A stretch of DNA of 64,000 bases, from the NCBI GenBank assembly GCA_964304625.1, contig OZ199838.1, positions 5,530,178-5,594,177 on the forward strand, read 5' to 3'. How positions within the stretch are numbered: position 1 is the stretch's first letter; the number at the start of each line of letters is the position of its first letter. The notes below the pieces were generated by a model, which worked only from the letters and a program-made list of their open reading frames with translations, did no database searches and was not told the DNA's origin. Origin of the DNA: Kudoa neothunni (taxonomy: Eukaryota > Animalia > Cnidaria). Below are positions 26,688-38,371 of the stretch, one piece after another. A program made the position numbers and the translations under genes.

Positions 26688-28631
26688 CTTTGCACTCACT
26701 TGGTGCATGCGCAGAGGATTAAAGCATTATCTCTATATGTGCTTTTTCTCTTATATTAGTTGTTGCAGAAAAACACTAATAACCAAAAACGATAAATAAT
26801 ATTTTTTGAAAAATGAATAAAATAATAAAGATATTTTTTTCTACTTTTTTATAATCAACACAGTTTTTTAATTGTTTTAGTCATCCTTTAATTTTAATGG
26901 AACGAAAATTGAAATTATACGAGTTGGAATTTTTTTCATTTGGTTTGTTTATGGAAAATGTGGTTTTATTCTCGTATTTATCTTTTAAGTTTTTTAGGCT
27001 CTTGTAAAATTCGTTGTATTTACTACCACCAAGTGTATTTAATTGATTCAATATTTCAAAACATAATTTTTTATTTTTTTTAAAGTTTTATTTTAAATGT
27101 ATATTGTTAGTAGAACATTCAAGCTGATATTTTGTGAATCAATATCGGGGTAGTTTATAATTGTCGAAATATCGTCGTCTGTTATATTGCACACATGATT
27201 ATTATCGAGGAATATATCATTGCTTGTATAAACCACCTCCCGGTGCATATAGAATCAGAAATCAAAATTAGTGATTTTACTCATACAATTAAATGTTTTC
27301 ATGAGAGAGAATATTGTTGAAAAAATGTACAATCAAACTTGTGTATATCATCTTGAATCGTAACCATCGCTGAGTAAGACACAATGTGAACAAAGAACAT
27401 GTTTTTTAAATTCCTGATTGATAATAGTTTCAGATTTTGAGTCTCTAATTTGATTTTATCAGCGGCAAAACTGAACAAACGATTTATTATTGCCAAAATA
27501 TAAACATCATCGATGTTGTTTTTATTCATAAGAATCAGACCATTTTTTTATAAATTATCACCCTGGATGGTCTTACATTAGTTGAGTATTGGATTGACTT
27601 AGTGAATTAACGATGACTTTGGCATAAATCTTTTATCTCGTGATGCTCTTGTTCAATCCTGTTATTTGTATTTGAACCAAATGTCAGAGCATCGAGACAA
27701 TGAACATGATCCCAAATATTTTGAATATTAATCCAGTTTTTTTCCTAATATTGAAAATACAATAGTGCATGGATGTTGCGTAGCAGGGGTATTACGCACT
27801 TTTTGATATTATGGCAAGGTTTCCTATTAATAATACATAATATTGTTATTTATAGTACAATAAACTTAAAAATGTTTAATTAAGCAAAATTATTATTAAA
27901 AATATTGCTCCCAGCCAGAGAAAATTTGGATGCATGCTTATTGCGCACTAAAAATCCCCAAATTAAATCCAACGACATGGTTAGTACGCAATTAAGAAAT
28001 CAGAGAAAATATCGATCGTTAGAAGAGAAAATTAACATAATAAATTATTACCACGAAATAAAAGAATTCAATGGCTCAAAAACTAAAACCGTTGGGAAAT
28101 TTAATCTCAAATCGATATCTTCTTTGAATAGCATATTATTAAAAAGGAGCAGTATTATGAAAAATTTTAACTCTGGAGACCTGGATTGTAAGCGTTTGCA
28201 GCAGCCGCAGAGATGGAGACCATTTCAACAATAACAATAGTAATAATAATCACGTTCTCCCCGCCAGCCCGAAGCTAGGCGGTGTGTTACCTTTATATTA
28301 TTCTACATGGATCACAGCAGAAAAACCTTAACAAAAGGGAATTTTTCCTCGTTAGATTCCAAAGTTAAGGAATGGATTGAGCTAATAAGAACAATAATAT
28401 CGAGTTCTCAAGGGATGATATTATTAAAAAGACTAACGACTATTCATTTGAAGTTAAAAAAACAACTTCAAAAGTTGGTAGAGGTTGGTTTCAAGGCTTT
28501 GCTACAAGAATTGGGCTGAAGAAGAACAAATTCACAGGAGAGTCTAAGAGTGTCGATCCTGAAATAATTTCCTTTTGGAAAGATCAACTGTTAAAATTGA
28601 TTGACTATTATGGCCCAAACGATATTTTTAA

Positions 28632-28867
28632 CCCTTAAAGGATAACCTTCAGTTCCATGCGCCCAACTTTATATTATTTTGTTGTTATGCATGTTATATT
28701 TTGTGTATATTCGTCAGAATTTCATCTACATTTTTAAAAAAGCATTATCTATCGACCGACATAATAAAATAAGTTTATGGTCTGGCGAAATTACACAAAT
28801 TATAACACGTTTTACAACAAAACAATAGGGAGGTGGACGCGCGAATCCAATGGTTAGCCGTCAAGGG
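28632..28867. mobile_element. piggyBac-like MITE
   Basis: TTAA|CCCTTAAAGGATAACC ... GGTTAGCCGTCAAGGG|TTAA. Splits the DIFN/DETG motif of the host Tigger. Confidence 0.85.
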
Positions 28868-29699
28868 TTAATTAGGATGAGACTGGGCTATTTTATCAGC
28901 AAAGAAAAAATAAAATATACTTTAAATTTGTATCACAATATGAAATTTGGTGTATGGTTACGTGTTTAAAACGGAGGAAACTTGCACGGTCCTACGAAAT
29001 CGAAGAAGAGTGTAAGTATTGCTGCCATTTGCTCGATGTTAGGAGAAAAAAGACCGTTATCAATAATTGGAAATTACGAAAAACCTCGTTGCTTTAGGAA
29101 GATTAAGGACCTCCCACTTCCCATCACATAAATAAGAAAGCTTGGATGACCAGCTTGATTTTTTCAAAATATCTAACGGAGTGGAATCGCGAACTTTCTC
29201 GATGCAAGAGAAGTATCTTATTATTTGTTGATAATTGTCCAGCCCATCCAACACTAAATTTTTCAAACGTCCAACTCTTTTCCACTCAAAACAACCAGTG
29301 TATTGCAGCCATTGGATCAGGGAATTATTAACAGTTTTAAATGTACTTAAAAAAATCATCTGACAAATTATTTTATAAATAAAACTATTCCTAATTCTAC
29401 GGATGTTTCTGATAACAATTTAAGTGACGATCCTCTAGACTTACTTGAAGCTATGTATATGATTAAAGAAGTATGACAGTTAGTAACTGATAAAACAATA
29501 AAAAACTGTTTTAGAAAATCATTCTTTTTTAATAACTGTGATTCAGCAGACAACACCCTTTCGTTTGAAAGGAATTTACCGGGAAATCAACTTAGAGACT
29601 GCGTTGATTAAGAATGTGTTAACTTGATAAATAATGGAGTGGACGCAATGGATGAATCGTCATCTAATGCAAATTATGAACAAACTAGCACTATTTGGG

Positions 29700-31712
29700 A
29701 TCTGATGCAGTATAGTGGCCCTAATCCGCTATGTGCATTGATCCCGCCCAATGCGCAAAAATCGGATTACGTGGCGCGACACTTGTTGTTAGTGATTGAA
29801 CGAGATGTATCCTTTATTTGATCGTAAATGATATAATATAAATATTTTACATTATTCTACATGTAACAAACGTTTTTGAGTGATCCCAAGAACCCATTCC
29901 ATAGATCTGCATGGTTTTTGCGCCTCCATTGGAATTCAAACAAAAACTCATCTATGGCACTTTGGACAATTTCTCCGTTATCATTGGTGGATGATGTTCG
30001 GTTTCTTGGAGAAATTCTATATTTTATAGCATTCCAAGTATCCTTAATAAGAGTCATTGCTTCCCATAAATCTAGAGGTTTTATATCCAGTCCAAATCCT
30101 GCACGAAGCGTATTTCGCCTCGTTAAGTCTTTTCAGTATGTTGCCTTAAATGAACGAATAACACCTTGATCCATTGGTTGTAGGACCGATGTGGTGTTTT
30201 TGGGAAAATAGACTATTTGAACGTTAAAGAGTTACGTGTGTTGATGATCATTTGCATTGTCCATAAAAAGAACAATTTTTTTGTTTCTACTTCTGAAAAT
30301 ACTGTTAAGTTTTAACAGATAATTTCTAAAAATGCTTGCTGTCATCCAGCCTTTCGTGTTGTACTCATAGGGAACTGAAGTAGTATTTATACTTTAAAGA
30401 ATCTAGGTCGGGCATGATGACCTATCACTAAGGGGTCTAGCTTTTCACCATTCATTGAGACTCCAAGTAGTAATGTAATCCTTTTTTTGACTTTTTACCA
30501 CAAGACATTATTTTCAGTAGCAGAAACGTAACTTTTTCCCACAATAATATAGATAAACACTTAAGCAAAAATAATTGATTGTAGGATATTGTATAATTTC
30601 GATCATAACGAAAAAATAATAAAATACTCATTTGGCGCCCACAAAATAATCATATTGTGGAAGTAATACTATTAGAAAAAATTTTTCATTTAATGTATGT
30701 AAAAATATCTAATCGAAATAAAAATAACCATTTTTAGGAAAAACTCACGAGGCGTTGATTGATAGAACAACGCGGTCTCGTCGACATTGTATATTTGATC
30801 CTCTTTATAATTTTCAAGAATTTTAAGAAGTTGAGTCTTCCATTCTGTGATGATTCGTATGGGTACCATGTTAGCATCGTCATGAAAGCTGACTTTTTTT
30901 AAATTGAATCTATTTTTAAAGCCGCGAAACCATCCGTAGCTAATATTTTTGAAATCGTCATCAGAAGCACCGATCTCATTTCTTTTATTAATTATTTCGA
31001 TGGACGATAATTCGATACTTTTCGACCTCATCCAATTGAACCACCCATAAACACGTTGATAGGCTTCTTCATCTTTTCCTTTCCGCATTGATCTTCGTTG
31101 GGATGGAAACAATTGATCCTCAAATGATTGTGTAATTTTAGCCCTTTTTTCTAAAATGCCATTTAATGTTAAAATATAACCTATTTTGAAGTGTTCAATA
31201 GTTTCCGTCTTTCTATTTAAGGGCGGCAAACTATCATAATATTTAATTATGTCATATTTCTCTTGAAGCGTTCTGAATTTGTGAATTATTTTTCCGGGCA
31301 TTTAGAAATAATTACGAATTATCAGTCACCATGAATTATCGATTAATACACACTTTTAAAACTTCTTGTTTGACAAAATAAAAAAATAACTCGTACATTT
31401 AGTTAACAACTCATAATAAACGTTATTTGGCACATTTAACCGAATGGATAAAGTTTTAAGGGAAGTTACGAATTATCGGTCCTACGAATTAACGGTCACC
31501 TACTGTAGTTCGCGATCTACAGAAAACCCAATGTTTCCGCAATGAACGCAATGGCTTGGCTTGTTTATGATCCCTTCATCAAGTAGAAATTTTATTGCAG
31601 CATCTTCAGAATAGAAAATATTTTGCAATTTCTTCACAGGAGGAATCATTTTAAATTGGAGGGACCGAGCGCCGCACATATGGGATTAGGGGTCCCTATA
31701 TGCAAGGTCAGC
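29700..31712 (-). mobile_element. Merlin (IS1595/ISXO2-like) element, interrupted and internally deleted
   Basis: Imperfect TIR cores CCCTAATCCGCTATGTGC and GCACATATGGGATTAGGG. N-terminus MIPPVKKLQNIFYSEDAAIKFLLDEGIINKPSHCVHCG near 31650 and C-terminus WNAIKYRISPRNRT...DEFLFEFQWRRKN at 29857-30036. Ends approximate. Confidence 0.75.
30030..31505 (-). mobile_element. pogo/Tigger transposon, 3'-truncated, inserted in the Merlin element
   Basis: TA|CAGTAGGTGACCGTTAATTCGTAGG end at 31505. ORF 31301-30690 has CENP-B-like HTH domains and IYNVDETALFY. Downstream KKRITLLL, GEKLDPLVIG, GWMT, MDNA and LQPMDQGVI. Confidence 0.88.
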
Positions 31713-31859
31713 CAATTTCTTGAATGTACCTCTCCTTATCTACTAATTATGCGTCTGAATTATAGAAGTCATTCTACAACGTAAATAGATAGGCTCCTAT
31801 TAACCGCATCGTATTATTTAATATTATGTAATACGATTGCATCTTGAACTTGAAACACA

Positions 31860-33852
31860 TCTATATATATATATATATATAAAATCTTTTGTCTGTCAGT
31901 GCGTCTGTGTGTCCACAAATGCGCATGTGCCATGGAGAAACTTTTTTTAAATACAAATCTCAGTTTTCATTTGAATAGATGACACCGTTAATAACAAATC
32001 ATTCATTTACTTAGAAATATAAATATAATCAATATCGTTATCAGAAATAAGGAGCTTTCTGGTTGTGTATATCAATAAGTAGATTAAAAGTACCTGAATA
32101 ATATGGATGTTTGTTTACTTCGGGGTGATAGCCAATTGAAATGAACTTTCATTCGTCATATGCAAAGAGAATCTGTAAATTTGGTATAAAATATTCTCAA
32201 AATGTTACATATGCCTGTTAAAGTAATTTTAAGACAGATAATGCCACTAGAGCCATATTTACAAGAGTTGTTGCATTTCCTTTAAAATTTGAAGCGTAAC
32301 CAAATTATTTAGGATGTATTTTCACTTTTCAAATATTAAAGATATAATTAAGGGATATAGATTATGATCATTTTAAATAAAACACATAATTTGAGATTAT
32401 AAGTTGTTGCCACGTTGGAATAATTTGGTTCTCTATACGCCTTCTAAAAACGATGTAGGATGTGTGTAGAGTTTTCAAATAATTAAATTTTTTTGATAAC
32501 TTCTTAAATGAAAATTTCTTTCTATCAAATATATCGATTGAGATTGAAACTATGCTCGTCTTTCGATAAATATTCACTCATTTTTTAGTTTTTCTAAACT
32601 TTCTTGAAAAATAGCTGACATCACCAATTCGATAAGTTTTTATATTTGATGAGATAATTTTTTAAATAATTTTTAAGTTCATAGTAATATATTTATTCCC
32701 CACCCCCAGACCTTAAGATTAATATTCAGATCAATATACTGTTTTCTTTAGGCTCGCATTAATTCATTATGAAAAAAAGCTTCGTGAAAATATGCGACAC
32801 CGAATTCTAGGCGTAGTTTAAGAATTTATATTCACGATTACTTTTTCACATAATACAGTCCCCTCCCAATACGCGCCATGTAAGTTAATAAGAAATTATT
32901 GGTCTATTCGATCTAACCGACATTTTCACAAAGTTTTCGTTAACCTAAGAAAAGTTAAATATAAAATAAATTTATTAGAACAATCAAACAGCATGTTTAT
33001 TTTAAAAAGGGTGCACTCCTTCGAGAAAACCAGTTGATATTTAAGCATTACTGTAATTTTTCCACCCCAAAACACCTTTACAATTTAGATTTAATCATAT
33101 TCTGTTAATTAAATTTGTATATTTATGTTAAAAAACAAAGGTTGCATTTATTAAAAAATCGGGAAATTACGTTAAAACAGTGAATACCTAAGTTACCACT
33201 CACAGATTATTAAAACCTCATTAACATCCTTTATAAAATTGCGACATAGGAGTGACAATTAGTATTTTTATTTCAGACGCATCTTAGGTTTATGTTGTTA
33301 TTTTTTTATCGTTTGTAGATTAATAATAACATTATAACTAGGAGGATTAGTTTTTATCGCAAGATTTTTAAAAGAATTTAAGGTCCTATTTAAGTTACTT
33401 AATGATTTTGTTTAGTGAATAAATAAACTTTAATCGTTAATTAAATTTCTCATAAAATTATATTCATTATATTTTTGGCCATAATTTGTAAAATAAACTC
33501 GAAAATACTCATTAATTTCAACCAATACCCCTATCTATATTTGAATGTAAAATGCTTGCATAATTTTGTTGATTGAATCATCACATTTCAAAAGTAATGA
33601 CAAGCTTTAAATGCATCAATTAAAATAGAAAAATAAAAATTACAGTGTTTAACGTGTTAATTAGATTAACTCTTTCGTAGAATTTCACCATTCAAAAATA
33701 AAATTAAAAGTTAAAATTTGCAATCACACAGTACCAGGCAAAGCTGGGCATTAGCGTTATTTACTTAAAATTGAAAATTCTTTAGAACGCGCCAGGTTTT
33801 AGCCTACTTGGCTGGGCAAGGAAGCCTTCGCGAAGGGGGGCTTTTGCGCTAG
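31860..33852 (+). mobile_element. Non-autonomous Helitron
   Basis: 5' A|TC(TA)n followed by GTCTGTCAGTGCGTCTGTGTG. 3' hairpin containing CCTTCGCGAAGG followed by CTAG|T. No TSD. Confidence 0.7.
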
Positions 33853-35258
33853 TATCATAATTTTATTCTTCCAGAAAAAAATCATCTTTACATTCATAAT
33901 ATCTTATATATTTGGTGTATACGACTATAACATATTTTAATTGTTCGTTAATAGCAGAATTTAGGTAAAATCTCATAACTTGATCAGTGGCCCGTAGCAA
34001 AAGGTTTGTACGATATGTCAACACTTGACTTCTTTATTTCTCCTTTATCAACGGAAATTATACTTTAAAATTACTCGAAACAAATAATTTCACGATTATA
34101 CAAGTATTATGTCTATTTATAATAAAAAACTGTGTACAACCTAGAATACCTAATATATGTACAAGTGGATAATTTCTGTACAGCGTTCTCATTAATTTGA
34201 ATTCCTATTTGTATTTTATTTATTTTCACATTCCTATTTTGATTATAAGGCCAAAAATACGTAGAAAAAGATTTAATCATTCTTAATCTTGGTTCCGACG
34301 CATATTAGCATGGTTCAACACCGCCACAAACAGTTAATCTGAACAATGTCATCGTGGTTTAATTCATCCACCTTGCTGCAATTTGTAGATTACATTGGTT
34401 GCTATAATGGAAATGTCATAAACGTGGCACATTGAAAATTACATCTTTATTTAGTAAAAATTCATTGAGAGGATATTTTAATAACTACATGGATATGATA
34501 ACCGCTACCATTCGCAACGACGTGATACCTATTTACTACAGATTTACGAATGAAACAACATTCGTTTGAATCCTTAAAATAAAAATTTTTATTAGATTAA
34601 TTGTTAAACTAAATTTTTGACTGTAACTTAGACAAGCAGTCTTCTGTACGGTACTATACACATGAACATAAATATTCCTTGGATAATCTAAAATATTATT
34701 GAGTGCATATATATGGAAAATTTATTTCTCAAATCAAGAAATTAGTACGGAAAAAATCTTTATTCATATAGCGCAACTAATTAAATAAATTATAGATGAT
34801 TTGAAACAAACAAAAAAATACGTGCCAATATTAGTGACAAAGTGATAATAAATGGAGATGGGAAATATTATACCTTTGTTATATGTGTATATATATATAA
34901 ACTAACCACATTAGGTACCATCATTTATAGTTTAATCCGAACAAACGTGATGTTTCAAAGAGCATATGATAAAAAAAGAAAGGATACTCCCTAAAATCCC
35001 CGAAATAGCTCTTGAGTGATGGCGATTAAATAGTAGTTGATTCTTTATGTAAAAACTATGAGATTAAAATATAACCAGATTGATAACAATAAATATTAAT
35101 TGTTACTAACTTTAAGCAAAAATTAAGAAGTATTAGAAATAGATTAAGTAAACGCCAAGAGTTATTGTAGAAGTCAGTAATATCATTTTTGAAACCTTTA
35201 ATCTAGCGTTCATTCATATTAAAACAGTGAATATAGGTGTTGTTGGTAAGTATGAAAA

Positions 35259-36226
35259 ATGAAAATTATTATCGATTGTGATCCTGGAGTGGATGATATG
35301 CAAGCCATAATTATGGCCGTTGCGGCTAAACATGTGGAAATTGTTGCCATCACTGCATTACCTGGAAATGCTGTAGCCGATCAAACCTACATCAACATTC
35401 AAAAAATATTATACCACTGCAATCGCACAGATATCCCAGTGTATAAAGGACAACGGGTAAATTTCATGGGTGATGAGGTTTCGTCCGATGGCTACTTTGG
35501 GGCTGACGGTTTATGTGAGTTGAATCTCAAACATGATAAAACTATACCACCTCAACAACTCAACAGTATCCAAGCTCTTCTTCACTACACAGAAAAGTAT
35601 CCTGGAGAAATTCATCTTATTGCCATAGGCCCTTTAACCAATCTTGCCACTGCGTATCTCCTCGATAGTTCGTTTCCTCAAAAGCTGGCCTCATTGCATA
35701 TAATGGGTGGAGATCGTTCAGAAACCACCTCCTACAATGTGACAAAATATGCTGAATTTAACTGCTACTGCGATCCCCTGCTTGGAAATTGGTAACTAAA
35801 AATTTTAGGTTGCCTGGTAACAAAAAAATTAACGTGATCGACTTCACATTTTGTGTCGAAAACATGCTTCCTCTTCCATTTTTGAAGAGCTATTTTCAAA
35901 ATTCCGAATCTCAACACCCCCAAAATAAAAAAGCTCAGTTGGTGAGGATGACACATGAGTTTATGTCGAAAAAATTCACAAGCTTTGGAGCTGTTACCGC
36001 AGATCCGTTCGCATTGTTCCTGTGTATTTATCCCCAATACAAATTCACCGGAAAAGCTGCTTTTATTGAAAAGGTTCACATGGAAGGTGAAACTTACGGT
36101 CACACCGAATTCCGTTATGATGAAAATGGAAATCTTCTATTGATTGATCAAATCGATTTTGATAATTTCCTTCGCCTTATGTTGGAATCAATACAATCCA
36201 ACACTAATACCACCAACTCCATCTAA
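35259..36226 (+). CDS. Nucleoside hydrolase copy 2, intronless, one-base frameshift near 35777 (probable assembly error or young pseudogene)
   Basis: Two overlapping ORFs join if the C4 run in GATCCCCTGC is restored to C5 as in copy 3. All family motifs present; VTADP. Confidence 0.88.
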
Positions 36227-37417
36227 TATTTATAATGTATTTATTGATCACGCGTAGTATTTGTGTATAGTTTCAATTTTTTTGTTTATTAGCGTTTTAT
36301 GACAAAACAGTGTTGTTTAAAAATCATGAAAATTGTTTTAGATGAGTAAAGTCGTGGATGTTCGATTTAAAATAGGTTTCATATAGAGGGAGTTAAATAT
36401 TTTGTATTAATTGTCGGTTTTTTTAATTGCGCGGCATCTCTGTTATTATTGAATACCCATCATTTTTCTAATCAACTTACGAGGTGCATGTAAAATTTTG
36501 TAAATAACGTAGAAAGTCTTCTCAATATTAATCTGATTAAAATATTGAGTTATCGTTGAGGCAAATAAAATCAATTTTTGGTCTCACTACTACCTTAGGT
36601 CATTAAATAATTTTTTCTTTTGTCTCGGCGACAAAAAATCTGAATTTATTTTACCGAAAGGGGGATATAAAATTAAGGCGATCTCTCTTACATGATCCAA
36701 ACACTTGACAATCGTCTTAAGGAAATCTTCTACATATGCGAGATATCTCAAAATAACTTATTTTACGTTTATTAGAAACGCGTTATAATTTTTTAACGAT
36801 TTTTAATAGGCAAAAGCAACTCACGTTTCTTACACCTAAATCCGACGTGATATGGATGGCTATAACTTTGAATTAGTAAGTCAATTAAATCTTATTTAAT
36901 CAACTTTAAACATACAATGTCTATAGTTTCAGAAATATTGATGGAAATTAGCTATTGAAATGAAGGTAATAAGTGAATTATTGGGGTCGTATTGATTGAA
37001 ATACTTTGGGGATCAGTAAGAAAAATAATATTATCACTACAAAGATTAATATTCAGCGTTATGAAAGATTAAATTTACAAATTCTTCCTTTCTTAGATAA
37101 AAAAGCTATTAACTTTAAAAAAAATTATCATATGTTTTTTGGATAAAGCCAAGTGTAACGTGTATAATAGCATGATTCTTTAATAAAAACCGCATACGAA
37201 AAGAATAAATTAAAATAAATACTTGAATTATCTTAATAAAATGCATATACCAAAATTACAATCATTAATAATGGTAATAACAGGAAAAACAAATTTATTT
37301 ATTCCAATAATTTAATAAATCTGCTTAAAAGAATACTATAAAAACATAAGTCTTGTAAAATTAGGAATTAAAATTTAATTCAATAAAACTTTTAGCAGGC
37401 ATATATACATATAAAAA

Positions 37418-38371
37418 ATGGTCGAAAAAATGAAAATTATTATTGATTGTGATCCTGGAGTCGACGATATGGAAACCATAATAATGGCCATCGCGGCTAG
37501 GCATGTGGAAATTGTTGCCATCACTACAGTTGCTGGTAACACTGTAGCCGATCAAACCTACATCAACATTAAAAAAATATTATACCACTGCAATCGCACA
37601 GATATCCCAGTGTATAAAGGACAACGGGTAAATTTCATGGGTGATGAGGTTTCGTCCGATGGCTACTTTGGGGCTGACGGTTTATGTGAGTTGAATCTCA
37701 AACATGATAAAACTATACCACCTCAACAACTCAACAGTATCCAAGCTCTTCTTCGCTACACAGAAAAGTATCCTGGAGAAATTCATCTTATTGCCATAGG
37801 CCCTTTAACCAATCTTGCCACTGCGTATCTCCTCGATAGTTCGTTTCCTCAAAAGCTGGCCTCATTGCATATAATGGGTGGAGATCGTTCAGAAACTACC
37901 AAAAATAATATAACAAAATATGCTGAATTTAACTGCTACTGCGATCCCCCTGCTTGGAAATTGGTAACTAAAAATTTTAGGTTGCCTGGTAACAAAAAAA
38001 TTAACGTGATCGACTTCACATTTTGTGTCGAAAACATGCTTCCTCTTCCATTTTTGAAGAGCTATTTTCAAAATTCCGAATCTCAACACCCCCAAAATAA
38101 AAAAGCTCAGTTGGTGAGGATGACATATGAGTTTATGTCGAAAAAATTCACAAGCTTTGGAGATACAACTGCCGATCCTTTCGCATTGTTTGTTTGTATT
38201 TATCCCCAATACAAATTCACCGGAAAAGCTGCTTTTATTGAAAAGGTTCACATGGAAGGTGAAACTTACGGTCACACCGAATTCCGTTATGATGAAAATG
38301 GAAATCTTCTATTGATTGATCAAATCGATTTTGATAATTTCCTTCGCCTTATGTTGGAATCACTAAAATAA
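37418..38371 (+). CDS. Nucleoside hydrolase copy 3, intronless, 317 aa
   Basis: IIIDCDPGVDD, AGN, GPLTNLA, MGG, AEFN and TTADP. Uninterrupted ORF. Confidence 0.93.
   Translation: MVEKMKIIIDCDPGVDDMETIIMAIAARHVEIVAITTVAGNTVADQTYINIKKILYHCNRTDIPVYKGQRVNFMGDEVSSDGYFGADGLCELNLKHDKTIPPQQLNSIQALLRYTEKYPGEIHLIAIGPLTNLATAYLLDSSFPQKLASLHIMGGDRSETTKNNITKYAEFNCYCDPPAWKLVTKNFRLPGNKKINVIDFTFCVENMLPLPFLKSYFQNSESQHPQNKKAQLVRMTYEFMSKKFTSFGDTTADPFALFVCIYPQYKFTGKAAFIEKVHMEGETYGHTEFRYDENGNLLLIDQIDFDNFLRLMLESLK

Larger units (their letters stand above)
27759..31845 (+). mobile_element. Decayed pogo/Tigger transposon hosting three nested elements
   Basis: Left end TA|CAATAGTGCATGGATGTTGCGTA. Remnants RSLEEKINII, GWFQGF, DIFN-DETGLFY, LFVDNCPAH, QPLDQGII and TIKNCFRKS. 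Right end uncertain. Confidence 0.75.

Noticed and set aside
35765-38315. Duplicated antisense and alternate-frame ORFs (35765-36103, 35955-36143, 37889-38275, 38127-38315)
   Set aside because: Shadows of the near-identical hydrolase coding sequences, with no independent coding signal.
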